Shown here: positions 48,607 to 61,800 of the stretch, in pieces
Layout: each line of letters opens with the position of its first letter
Numbering within the stretch: the stretch's first letter is position 1
From: Sphyrna mokarran
Taxonomy: Eukaryota
NCBI GenBank assembly: GCA_024679065.1
Contig: JAGIQG010000009.1
Span: forward strand, 81,530,001-81,594,000
Reading direction: 5' to 3'
DNA: 64,000 nt
Made by a program: the position numbers and the translations under genes
Notes under the pieces: model-generated
What the model saw: the letters and a program-made list of their open reading frames with translations, nothing else
What the model was told of the DNA's origin: nothing
Databases searched by the model: none

Positions 48607-48975
48607 CCACTGGAGCCTCCAATAGGGACCAGTAAACGTGGGCCTCCTTCCCACTGGAGGCTCCAATAGGGACCAGTAAACATGGGCCTCCTTCCCACTG
48701 GAACCTCCAATAGGGACCAGTAAACATGGGCCTCCTTCTCACTGGGAGCTCCAATAGGGACCAGTAAACATGGGCCTCCTTCCCACTGGAACCTCCAATA
48801 GGGACCAGTAAACATGGGCCTCCGAGCCACTGGAGCCTCCAATAGGGACCAGTAAACATGGGCCTCCTTCCCACTGGAGCCTCCAATAGGGACCAGTAAA
48901 CATGGGCCTCCTTCCCAATGGAGCCTCCAGTAGGGACCAGTAAACATGGCCCTCCTTCCCACTGGAGCCTCTAGT
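48607..48975. repeat. 44-bp minisatellite, ~8 copies
   Basis: Unit CCACTGGAGCCTCCAATAGGGACCAGTAAACATGGGCCTCCTTC. Confidence 0.93.
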
Positions 48976-51900
48976 AGCTGATCTTCAAACTCTACATCCT
49001 TTCCCCGACGTCAGCCTCTTATTTCCATAACGTTATCCGTCTGTACACTATATCGTACCCTTAAGCACAGTAACCCTTATCCCCGCATGTCCCTCCTCCT
49101 CACTCTGTTATTCCAATATCCCTTCCCAGCTCCCCTTATCCACACTCCATAAACCTCAGCTTGTCCCAAATGTAGTAGGTCCAGACTCTGTCTCACACCA
49201 AGTGTTGTTCCAACAGCACCCCACTTCTGTGATCTATCACCCCTGACTTCATTTCCCTTTTACCCCTGACCTCACTGACCTGTCACCCCTGACCTCACTG
49301 TCCTCCAATTCCCTCCAGGGCCTCACTCCTCCCCACCCCTGTGTCCTGCTCCAGATTCACATTTCTCCCTCACCTTCCATCTGCTGATTCTACTCCTTGG
49401 CCCATCGCTGCTTCCTTCATCTCATCATTGACAGACACCCAGGTCCTGTTTTCTGTCCTGCCACCCTTAATCCCTCCCCCTCTCCAAATCTTTCTCCCCA
49501 TCAAACTCCATCCTTTCAGCCAAGCCTTCGATCTCTCTTCCTAAACTACCCCCAGCCCCTTCCCCATTCCTCTTATGCTGCTCTTTGAAACATAATGGGC
49601 TATGTTGTACACTCAGGTGCTATATAAATTCAGGTTCTGTGTAGATTTTGGTTGGGGACAGAATTAGACACAGTGGTGAAGGATCTTGCAGTCAAATATT
49701 CTGCTGACAGATCCAGACTTCAACACACAGAATGGGACATTGTGTAAAGTAGGAATTATTAAAAATGTATTCATTGACGGGATGTGGGTGTCACTGGCTA
49801 TCCCAACATTTATTGCCCATCCCTAATTGTCCTTGAGAAGGTGATGATGAACTGCCTCTTGAACTGCTGCCGCCATGAGGTGTACACACACCCACAGTGC
49901 TGTTAGGGAGGGATTTCCAGGATTCTGACCCAGCGACAGTGCATGAACAGAGATGTATTTCCATTTCAGAATGGCATGTGGCTTGGAGGGGTATCTACTG
50001 GTGATGTGGATCCCAGGGATCTGCTACACTTGTCTTTCCAAATGATAGTGGCCATGGGTTTCAAAGGTGCTGCCTCAGGAACCTTAGTGAGTTCATGCAC
50101 GGCATCTTATAGATGGCACACACTGCTGCCACTGTTCGACAGTGGTGGAGGGATTTAATGTTTGTGAATGGGGTGCCAATTAGGTGGGGCTGCTTTGTTC
50201 TGGATGATATTGAGCTTCTTGAGTGTTGCTGGAGCTCTACTCATCCAGACAAGTGGAGAGTATTCCATCACACTCCAGACTTGTGCCTTGTAGATGGTGG
50301 AGAGGCTTTGGAAAGTCAGGATGTGAGTTACTCGCTGCAGGATTCCTATCCACTGACCTTCTCTTGTAGCCACAGTATTTATAGGCTGGTCCACTTCAGT
50401 TTCTGGTCAATCATAACCAACAGGATTTTACAGTGGGGGATTCAGCAATGGTAATGATATTGAATGTCAAGGGGAGATGTTAAAATTCTCCCTTGTTGGA
50501 GATGGTGATTCCGTAGTACTGATGTGGCATGAATGTGACTGCTTCAATATCTGAGCAGTTGTGAATGGTGTTGAGCATTGTGCAATCATCAGTGAACATC
50601 CCCACTTCTGAAGGTCATTACTGAAGCAGCTGAAGATGGTTGTGTCTCAGACACGACCCTGAGGAATTCCTGCAGTGATGTCCCAGGATAACTCCCTCCT
50701 GACTGTATCCCACTGTGCCTTCTGTGCTGGGAGATTGGAGGTAGTGAACACGGTTCACCATTTTCTCCCGTCTCAGTAACAAACATCCAGCTGCTCTGAG
50801 CTCCTTCTTTCACTTCCTCTGTTGGTTACGTTTCAATCTTCCGATCTGACAGTCTTTGCAGTTATTTTTGACACTGGGGATTTGTGCTGTGGTCTGAATC
50901 TCTAACAATAACTGTCCAATCAGTGAAAAGAACAACAGCTCAGAGCAGTCAGGACTGAGGAGCCAGGCTCACTGGGAAACACATTGGGAAGATCAAAGAC
51001 ATGGTCTTCAGCTCCCAATACAAACTCCATCCCTTTCCCTTTGAAGTGTCTGACACTGAACCACACAGTCCACCCCCATGGTGTCCTATTTGACCCTGAG
51101 ATGACTTTCCCACCACATCATCCACTCCATCACTAAGAACACGTATTTCCTCCTTGGTAACATCTCCCGAGTCCTCCTGTCTCACATCATTTTCTGCTGA
51201 AAATCTCATCCGTGTCTTTGTTCCCTCTGAACGTTACTATTCCAATGCTGTCCTGGTCGACCTCACACCTACCACCCTCTGTAATCATCAGCTCACCCAA
51301 AACTCTGCTGCCCGGATCTGAACTCACACCAAATCCCGTTCACCCGTCACCCCCTGTTCTCACTGACCTACACTGATCCCCGGTCCAGCAATGCCCTGAT
51401 TTTAACATTCTCATTCTGCCTCTCAAATCCCTCTCTGTCCTGCACTCTCCCTATCTCTGTAACCTCCTCCAAGCTGCCTCATTTAGTGTGCTCAGTAATC
51501 TTGGATACTTAACTCTCTATTCCTTCATCCAAGTCATTGACAAATATAGCGAAAAACTAAGGCTTCAGCACTGATCCCTGGGGACATCACTATTCACAGC
51601 TTGCTGATTGGAAAACCCACATATTATTCCTACTCTCGATCTCCTGTCTCCGAACCAATTCCTTATTCATGGCAAAAGCTTTCCTCAAATTCCATATGCT
51701 TCCATTTTTATTCACAGCCTCTTATATAGAACTTTCCCAGATGTCTTCTAGGAATACAAAGAAATAACATACAGAACATGCCTTTATCGAGCACACTGGT
51801 GACTCATTAACAAACGTAAACAGTTTAGGTGAACATGTCTGACTGTTTTGAAATCCGTGTTGACTCTTTCTGATCAGTTCATTTTTCTCACTCGTTCTGT

Positions 51901-53029
51901 CTCTAATAAAACATTCCAGTCACTTTCCCACAACACACATTAAATTGAGCTGTTAGCTATGATTGACTCTAGTAAAACAGCTAGTACAGAAATGAGGGGC
52001 TGAATGGCTCCTCCTGTGTTTTAGATCTATCTGACTCCTTGACTGAAACATGTGGATTGGAACAGGAGATGGGCTGGAGGTTAAACAATGAGTTGAAGGT
52101 AAACAGAGTGTTATTAGTGGGTCACGTCCAATGTATAGTTTGTCTATTACTTCCTTGAAAAGATGGGGTCAAATTTTCTGAAAAACTAAGTGCCCATTGC
52201 GGCTGGAAAACAGGACATTTTCCCACCATTTTCTGGGCACATTTACTCAGTTGAAATGCCGGCACTCGGTATTTCACAAAATCTGCCAGGGATTTCCACC
52301 AATGGATGGGGTTAATCCCACCCGTGAAGCCAGGATCAACACTCCCTTATTCCTGCCTTGCGATATCTTCCCCAATCTAATTCCCCACTCCCCTGATCAC
52401 AGGAGCTGACCCCCCGATCCCCATCTCACTTTCCTGAATCGACTGGCCTCCCAACCTCCCCCCAATCACCGGCCCCGTCTCCCCATGGACAACCCCATCC
52501 CTCTTTGCACAGTTGCCAGCCCCTGATATCTTCCACAACTCTCCCTCCAATCACCGATACCAACCCCCACCCCTACTCCCCTTCCCCAACCGAATGCCTT
52601 CCCAATGGCTCCCACCCCCTCATCCCCCCAATTCTCGGCCCCCTCGCCGATCGCCGGCTTCCCAATGGCTTCCTCAATTAGAAAGTTCCTGCTGAACTCA
52701 GCAACAATTCTGCATTGCCCACCCACCCCCCACCACCCTGAGCTTTTAAACAAACATCAGCGATGGAATTGTGGAGAGACACAGAAAGAAACTTTAGTAA
52801 AAGTCAAAACAGCTTTCCCATCATCGTCATTGCTTGTGCACTTTGACCCGAAGCAAACCATTCGGAATCATTTGTGGCCTCGCCATACTTTGTGGGGGAT
52901 GAACACACAGTAGATGGACAGTTGGGAGTGAGGTTCAGTCAGATATAGAAGGAAAAGTCGGTGAGTCCAGCAGGCAGAGAAGACTTGGGCTTGATAAGGC
53001 ACATGGGAGGATTGGAAGGCTAAACAGCA

Positions 53030-54705
53030 TCTATTTTAATACAAGGAGCCTGTCTGGTCAGGCAGATGAACTAAGAGTTGGTCAGCACGGGGAAATATGA
53101 GATTGTTGTAATCACTGAGATATGATTGAAAGAAGGACAGGACTGGAATCTCGACATTCCAGGATATAGAAATTCAAGGTGCGATTGGGGGAGATGTAAG
53201 AGAGGATGTAAGAGATTAAAGAGACCATCACTCAATAATGAGGCACAATGTGTTGGAACGCGCTTCAAATGAGGCCATATGGGTGGAGCTGAGAGATATA
53301 AAGAGCAATCATTGTATGGGATTATAACACAGCCCTCCCCACATTCAGAGGGAGATAGAGGAGTAGATATGTAGGCAAATCACAGACAGAGGTGTGAGAG
53401 GAATTGGGCTATAATAATCGGGGATTTCAACCTCACCAATATTAATAGAATCACCTCAGTGTGAAAGGGCTGGCACGGTGGTACAGTGGTTAACGCTGCT
53501 GCCTCACAATTCCAGGGACCCAGGGTCAATTCCAGCATCGGGTCACTGCCTGTGTGGAGTTTGCATGTTCTCCCCGTGTTTGCGTGAGTTACCTCAGGGT
53601 GCTCTGGTTTCCTCCCACACTCCAACGATGTGCAGGTTAGACTGATCATGCTAAATTGCTCCTTAGTGTCAGAGTGACTAACAAGGTAAATACATGGGAT
53701 CATGGGGACAGGGCTGGGTGGGATTGTCGTTGGTGCAGGCTTGATGGGTTGAATAGCCTAGTTCTGCACTGTTGGGATTCTATGATTAGACAGGATGGAA
53801 TTTGTAAAGTGATTCCGGGAGAGCTCTTTGTGTCAGTACATCAACCTAATCCTCGGGAATGAAGTTGGGCAAGTTGTTGAAATGTCAGTGGTGAGCATTT
53901 TGGGGATGGGGAAGGTGGACAGACCAATGAAACCTGGAATTTAATCCTGATAAGTGTGAGATGATGCATTTTGGGAGATTTAATAAGCATAGAATTTACA
54001 CAATGAACAGTTGGTACCGAGGGAGTATTGAGGAGAAGAGGGACCTTGGTATAAAGTCCATGGATCCCTGAAGGTGGCAGCACAGGGAGATAGTGTGGTG
54101 AAGAAGGCAATCGGAATGCTTGACTTCATTAGCGGGGGGATTTCGAATATGGGAAGGGGGAGGATTTGGTGCAACTTTATAAAACATTGGTTAGGCTGTG
54201 GGTGAAATGTGCGCAGTTCTGGTCACCACCCTATCGGAAGGGTGTAATTGTATTGGTGAGGGTGCAGAGGAGAATCACCAGGATGTTGCCAAGGATGGAA
54301 ACTTTCAGCTGTGAGGAGAGACTGGATAGACTGGGATTGTTTTCCCTGGAGCAGAGGAGGCTGACGGAGGATCTGATAGAGGCTTACAAAATTATGAGAT
54401 GTATAGATAGGATAAGTTGTAAGAGACTTTTCTCCATGGCACCGGACTGTGAGAGCAGAGGGCATAGGTTCAAGGTGAGGGAGAAGTGGTTTAGAGAAGA
54501 TTTGAGAATGGTGGAAATATGGAATGTGCTGCCTGAGAGAGTGGTGGAGGCAGGAACTCTCGGTACATTTAAGAAGCATCTGGACAAGCTCTTCAATCAC
54601 CATGGACCAAGTACCGGGAAAAGGAATTACGATAGATTGGTATTGGGTAGTCAGCATAGACATGGTGGGCCGAAGTGCCTGTTTCTGTGCTGTGTAACTC
54701 TATGA
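53030..54705 (+). mobile_element. Decayed CR1 fragments with a nested SINE (53467-53785), inside a Gypsy remnant (52745-52880, 54705-54790)
   Basis: [20 protein letters not shown] 54166-54705; SINE head GGGCTGGCACGGTGGTACAGTGGTTA; flanks match 25555-25690 and 26785-26865. Confidence 0.8.
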
Positions 54706-54789
54706 CACTATATGGAATTGGACCAATTCTATCCCATGGAATGGCAGATGGGATGGAGAGGGCAAATTCATTTGCTTCAAGGACTTCGT

Positions 54790-57700
54790 TAAATCTTCTT
54801 AATGTTGCTGCCAATCTTGTTCCATTTGTGATTCTCTGGAAATAAAAGCACAAGGTCCATTCTGCTCGAGGGGGGAATGGATTCAGCAATCTGAAAGTTG
54901 AAGCTGTTGTTGTAAAGAGTTCACTCTGGGCCTGATTTTCCCAATCGGAGCCTAAGGGCCGGATCCGGGTGGAATACGGATCTGATCCCGGAATTATCTG
55001 TACAGTGAGTCCATCCGCTTCTTCCCGGCTTCAATCCGATCCGTGCTGTGGGCGGGGCTTAGCACTGCCGGAAGGATCCGAGCTCTGAACTGCACATGCG
55101 CAGTTTGAAAAAACCTGAAACAGCGCGTCCGGGATCGAAAAATAGCAGAGGGGGCGGGGGGGGGATGGACTTGGGAGAATCTTGCAAACTGAAAATAATG
55201 TAGCATCTTCTTTGTGCTGCCTAATTATCTATGGGAAAGGTAATTAAAGTACAGTGTCCTAGTGAGCAATTAGTGAGCTGTTTGTCCCTGTAACCATGAG
55301 CCAGGTGCTCAAATGTTCAGTCATGTGGTGAACTTGGAAGAATTGTCCCCGTGGGGGAACTTGGTTGGAAATAAGATTCAAGGAGATTGTTAAATCTGGG
55401 AAATCAACCACAGTGAAAAGAAGTTTGTATTGGCAACTCTTCTCTCACATTCCATGGCAGATGAGTCCCTCCTTATGAATGTGATTTGCACGGACAACGT
55501 CGGGTGCAGCTAATCTGCCTCTGGAGCAGCCTTGGATCCTTTCGTTCTTCTTTTCATCTGAACATTGCACAGAATTAGAGGAATTCCCTTTGGAAAATAA
55601 TGTCAAAATTATAATGGCAGGAACTAAAAACCCAACAGTCAAAAATTTGGGAAAATGTTTCAAAATATGGATTGGGGGATAGATAAATATATATATAGAA
55701 ATATTTTCCCAAAGACTGTCAGATTGGAAGATTGAAACGTAACCAACAGAGGAAGTGAAAGAAGCAGCCGAATATTTGTTACTGAGACGGGAACAATTAT
55801 CTGAACAACATTAAACTTTCAGACTCAAAAGAAATAAAAACACAAGCAGTGGAGGGGGTGGGAGGAATCTTGGAGACTGACACCGACAGGAACAATCTAA
55901 ACAGCTGAAACTCCCATTTCCTCAGTCCCTGCCCGTCACTGCTCAGGAACTCCCCGAGGGGAACCCTCTCGCTCTGACACTCGCTCCCTCTCTCTGTGCT
56001 TCTGTCTTTCTCTCCTCTCTCTCACTCTCCCTCCTGGTTGAAAGCTTTAATAACTTTCAGCAAATTAATTCATTTTCATCTTTCTAATTATTTGAAAAAT
56101 TCACTGAGTGACATTTTGAGTCCCCAATCTAAATTTTTCCCTCTCACTCACTACACCTGACACCAGGAAATGGTCAATACTGTTTTACTGTACCAGTTCG
56201 AGCAGCTGGATGTTTGTTAATGAGACGGGAGGAAACGGTGAACCGTGTTCACTACCTCCAATCTCCCAGCACAGAAGGCACAGTGGGATACAGTCAGGAG
56301 GGAGTTATCCTGGGAATCCTCAACAACATTCCAGACTCCATGTAATCTCTCGGTACCATGTCAAACACAGACAAGGAAACCTCCTCTGGTTACCACATAC
56401 CGTCCCCGCCTCAGTTGATGAACCAGTTCTCCTCCATGTTGAACATCACTTGGAGGAAGCACTGAGGGTGGGAAGGACACAGAATGTACTCTGGGTGGGG
56501 AATTCAATGTCCATCACCAAGAGTTACTTAGAATAGATATAGATATAGATATAGAACATTACAGCACAGAACAGGCCCTTCGGCCTTCGATGTTGTGCCG
56601 ACCAAAATAAAAAGCAATGCCCCTCCAAACTAAACCATTCCCTTCTCTTCCATATACTTATCAATTAACCTCTTAAACGCCACCAAACTTGGCGCATCTA
56701 CAACAGCTGCAGGCAGGGCATTCCACTCCCTAATCACTCTTTGAGTAAAGAACCTACCTCTGATATCCGTCCTATAACTCATACCCCTTAATTTAAAGCT
56801 GTGTCCCCTCGTGCTAGCTTTCTCCATCCTAGGAAAAAGGCTATCACTGTCCACCCTATCTAAACCTCTAATCATCTTATATGCTTCAATAAGATCCCCT
56901 CTTAGCCGCCTCCTTTCTAACGAAAACAACCTCAAATCCTTCAACCTCTCTTCATAGGACCTGCCCTCCATACCAGGCAACATCCTGGTAAACCTCCTCT
57001 GTACCCTCTCCAATGCCTCCACATCTTTCTTATAATGTGGGGACCAGAACTGCACACAATACTCCAAGTGCGGCCGCACTAGAGTTTTGTACAGTTGCAA
57101 CATGATGCTGCGGCTCCTAAATTCAATCCCCCTACCAATAAAAGCTAAGACTCCATATGCCTTCTTAACAACTTTATCCACTTGACTGCCTACTTTCAGG
57201 GATCTATTGACACATACACCAAGATCCTTCTGTTCCTCAACACTATTAAGAGCCCTACCATTAGCCCTATACTCTACACATTTATTGTTCCTGCCAAAGT
57301 GCATTACCTCACACTTTTCCACATTAAACTCCATTTGCCACCTCTCGGCCCAGCTCTGCAACTTGTCCAAGTCACTCTGTAAACTATAACACCCCTCTTC
57401 ACTATCTACCACTCCACCGACTTTAGTGTCATCTGCAAATTTACTAATCCATCCTTCAATACCCTCATCCAGATCATTTATAAAAATTACAAACAGCAGG
57501 GGCCCCAAAACAGACCCCTGAGGCACACCACTCGTCACCGAACTCCACGATGAATATCTCCCATCAACCACCACCCTCTGTCTTCTATCTGCCAGCCAAT
57601 TCCTAATCCAATTAGCTAAATCACCCTCTATTCCACACATCTGCATTTTCTGTAGAAGTCTTCCATGGGCCACCTTATCAAACGCCTTACTAAAGTCCAT

Positions 57701-58432
57701 ATATACGACATCAACCGCCTTACCCCCATCCACCTCTTTGGTCACTTTCTCAAAAAACTCAATGAGGTTAGTAAGGCATGACCTACCCTTCACGAAACCA
57801 TGCTGACTATCCCCAATCAATTCATTTCTCTCTAAATAACTATAAATCCTATCCCTAATAATTCTCTCCAATACCTTGCCCACAACAGAAGTAAGACTCA
57901 CTGGCCTATAATTCCCTGGAAGGTCTCTCTTCCCCTTCTTAAACAATGGGACCACATTCGCTATCCTCCAGTCCTCCGGAACCACACCCGTAACCAACGA
58001 GGACCTGAAGATCAGAGCCAGAGGCTCTGCAATCTCCTCTCTTGCCTCCCAGAGAATCCTAGGGTAAATCCCGTCCGGCCCAGGGGACTTATCCAACTTC
58101 AAACCCTCGAGAATTTCTAACACATCCTCCCTATCTACTACAATACTTCCCAATTTGCAACCCTGTACCTCAGTGCTCTCCATAGCTACATTTCCAGCAC
58201 TCTGCGTGAATACCGAAGAGAAATATTTATTCAGTGCCTCACCAATCTCTTCAGGCTCCACGCACAACTTCCCACTGCTGTCTATGACTGGCCCTAATCT
58301 TGCCCTAACCAATCTTCTATTCTTAACATATCTTAACTTGTTGAAACTATGGGAGTAGTGAGACCGTGTGAGAGGGGAAGGTCAAGGGGAAGGTGGTGAA
58401 TATGGGATGGAGAATTGTAATTGTGATGGTTT
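54790..58432. repeat. 3' flank of a third tandem Ig kappa unit (paralogous to 3723-5390 and 31610-33270)
   Basis: Colinear high identity including GAGGAAGTGAAA at 55749-55760; the expected C exon is missing because of the gap. Confidence 0.9.
56530..58333 (-). mobile_element. Young 5'-truncated CR1 LINE with an uninterrupted 560-aa RT frame
   Basis: ORF 56630-58312 with all RT motifs; ACTT at both flanks; empty sites at ~5296 and ~33180. Confidence 0.96.
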
Positions 58433-58747
58433 ACATAGAACATAGAACATAGAACATAGAACAATACAGCACAGAACAGGCCCTTCGGCCTTCGATGTTG
58501 TGCCGACCAAAATAAAAAGCAATGCCCCTCCTAACTAAACCATTCCCTTCTCATCCATATACTTATCAACTAACCTCTTAAACGCCACCAAACTTGGCGC
58601 ATCTACAACAGCTGCAGGCAGGGCATTCCACTCCCTAATCACTCTTTGAGTAAAGAACCTACCTCTAATATCCGTCCTATAACTCATACCCCTTAATTTA
58701 AAGCTGTGTCCCCTCGTGCTAGCTTTCTCCATCCTAGGAAAAAGGCT
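58433..58747 (-). mobile_element. CR1 3' end, cut by the gap
   Basis: TAGAACA tail and C-terminal ORF2. Confidence 0.9.
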
Positions 58748-58847
58748 NNNNNNNNNNNNNNNNNNNNNNNNNNNNNNNNNNNNNNNNNNNNNNNNNNNNN
58801 NNNNNNNNNNNNNNNNNNNNNNNNNNNNNNNNNNNNNNNNNNNNNNN
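58748..58847. other. Assembly gap (100 N)
   Basis: Run of 100 N. Confidence 1.
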
Positions 58848-61800
58848 TCAATAAGAGTTTCCTCTTGCTCGGTTGACTGCAGCGCAGGGGTTTGGTCAGA
58901 AGGCTGAGACCTTCCTTGGCTCCAGCTTTGCCGTCTTCTTTGCCCCGTCCATCCAGCAGCAAGGCGCCGTCGCGGTCCGCCCCGGAGCTTAGCCCCACTC
59001 CCACCACCCCGGGCTCGGACTCCGCGGCGAAGCCCACCTGCAGCTTCTTGGCATCGCCAGAGCCATCACCATTCCTGGACTTGAGCCCCATGGTCAGCAG
59101 TAGCAGCAGCAACAGCAGCAGCAGGCACGCCGATGCTCAGTGTAGGCAGGATGGCGGAAAGCCTGCAGGAGACAAATGCCATGGCTCGCAAACACAGAGC
59201 ACAGCTCCAGCCAAGAGGTCCCATCAGGATCTTTGGGCAGTGGGAAGATCTGTTTGAGTCTCCCCCTTTTTAATCAGGTTGGATGGCGAGCATCACGCCC
59301 CTGACTTTTTGTTTTACCTGTAGAACATAGAACATTACAGCACAGAACAGGCCCTTCGGCCTTCGATGTTGCGCCGACCAATATAAAAAGCAATGCCCCT
59401 CCAAACTAAACCATTCCCTTCTCTTCCATATACTTATCAACTAACCTCTTAAACGCCACCAAAATTGGCACATCTACAACTGCTGCAGGCAGGGCATTCC
59501 ACTCCCGAACCACCCTTTGGGTAAAGAACCTGCCTCTGATATCCGTCCTATAACTATCACCCCTTAATTTAAAGCTGTGTCCCCTCGTGCTAGCTTTTTC
59601 CATCCCAGGAAAAAGGCTATCACTGTCCACCCTATCTAAACCTCTAATCATCTTATATGTTTCGATAAGGTCCCCTCTTAGCCGCCTCCTTTCTAACGAA
59701 AACAACCTCAAATCCCTCAGCCTCTCTTCATAAGACCTGCACTCCATACCAGGCAACATCCTGATAAACCTCCTCTGTACCCTCTCCAATGCCTCCACAT
59801 CTTTCTTATACTGTGGGGACCAGAACTGCACACAATACTCCAAGTGCGGCCGCACTAGAGTTTTGTACAGTTGCAACATGACGTTGCGGCTCCGAAATTC
59901 AATCCCCCTACCAATAAAAGCTAAGACTCCATATGCCTTTTAACAACCTTCTCGACTTGACTGCCTACTTTCAGGGATCTATGCACATACACACCAAGAT
60001 CCCTCTGTTCATCTAGACTACTAAGAATCCTACCATTTGCCCTATACTCTACACATTTATTATTTCGGCCATAGTGCATTACCTCACACTTTTCCACATT
60101 AAACTCCATTTGCCACCTCTCGGCCCAGCTCTGCAACTTGTCCAAGTCCCTCTGCAAACTATAACACCCCTCTTCACTATCTACCACTCCACCGACTTTA
60201 GTGTCATCTGCAAATTTACTAATCCATCCTTCAGTACCCTCATCCAGATCATTTATAAAAATTACAAACAGCAGGGGCCCCAAAACAGACCCCTGAGGTA
60301 CGCCACTTGTCACCGAACTCCAAGATGAATATCTCCCATCAACGACCACCCTCTGTCTTCTATCTGCTAGCCAATTCCTAACCCAATTAGCTAAATCACC
60401 CTCTATCCCATACATCTGCATTTTCTGCAGAAGTGGGACACTAAGGGGCAATTTAGCATGGCCAATCAACTTAACCCGCACATATTTGATTGTGGAAGGA
60501 ATCCGGAGCACCCAAAGAAAATCCACGCAGACACGGGGAGAATGTGCAAATTCCACAGTGATCCAAACCGGAAATCAAGCCCAGGTCCTTGAAGGTGTTG
60601 GACAGAAGTGTTAACCACTGTGCCACTTGGTTCTTAACCATGACCAGGGTGTGGGAATAAAAATCTTCTTAAAGTTGCTGGCAATGTTGTTCTATTTGTG
60701 ATTCTTTGGAAATAAAAACACAAGTTGCATTCTGCTCAAGGGGGGAATGGATTCAGCAATCTGAAAATTTAAACTGTTGTTGCAAAGAGTTCACTCTGGG
60801 CCCGATCTTACCAATTGGAGCCTAAGGGATCCAGATTTAATACTGCTCCGAGCCCGGAATTGTCACTGCAGCGAGCCCGTATGCTTCTTATATATATTTT
60901 GAAATAATGTAGCATCTTCTTTGTGCTGCCTAATTATCTATGGGAAAGGTAATTAAAGTACAGTGTCCGAGTGAGCAATTAGTGAGCTGTATGTCCCTGT
61001 AACCATGAGCCAGGTGCTCAAATGTTCAGTCATGTGGGGAACTTGGAAGAATTGTCCCCGTGGTGGAACTTGGTTGGAAATAAGATTTAAGGAGATTATT
61101 AAATCTGGGAAATCAACCACAGTGAAAAGAAGTTTGTATTGGCAACTCTTCTCTCACATTCCATGGCAGATGTGTCCCTAATTATGAATGTGATTTGCAC
61201 GGACAACGTTGGGTGCAGCTAATCTGCCTCTGGAGCAGCCTTGGATCCTTTCGTTCTTCTTTTCATCTGAACACTGCACAGAATTAGAGGAATTCCCTTT
61301 GGAAAATAATGTCAAAATTATAATGGCAGGAACTAAAAACCCAACAGTCAAAAATTTGGGAAAATATTTCAAAATACGGATGGGAGGGTATATATATTGA
61401 AATATTTTCCCAAAGACTGTCAGATTGGAAGATTGAAATGTAATCAACAGAGGAAGTGAAAGAAGCAGCCGAATATTTGTTACTGAGACGGGAACAATTA
61501 TCTGAACAACATTAAACTTTCAGACTCAAAAGAAATAAAAACACTAGCAGTGGAGGGGGTGGGAGGAATCTTGGAGACTGACACCGACAGGAACAATCTA
61601 AACAGCTGAAACTCCCATTTCCTCAGTCCCTGCCCGTCACTGCTCAGGAACTCCCCGAGGGAAACCCTCTCGCTCTGTCACTCTCTCACTCTGTCTCTCT
61701 CTCTGTGCTTCTGTCTTTCTCTCCTCTCTCTCACTCTTCTCCTGGATGAAAGCATTAATAATTTGCAGCAAATTAATTCATTTTCATCTTTCTAATTATT

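Noticed and set aside
48500-48962. Repetitive ORFs (RRPMFTGPYWRLQWEGG)
   Set aside because: Translation of the 44-bp minisatellite
56630-58312. 560-aa RT ORF as a domesticated or novel reverse transcriptase gene
   Set aside because: Ordinary young 5'-truncated CR1 lacking endonuclease, ORF1 and an ATG start; near-identical to the other copies
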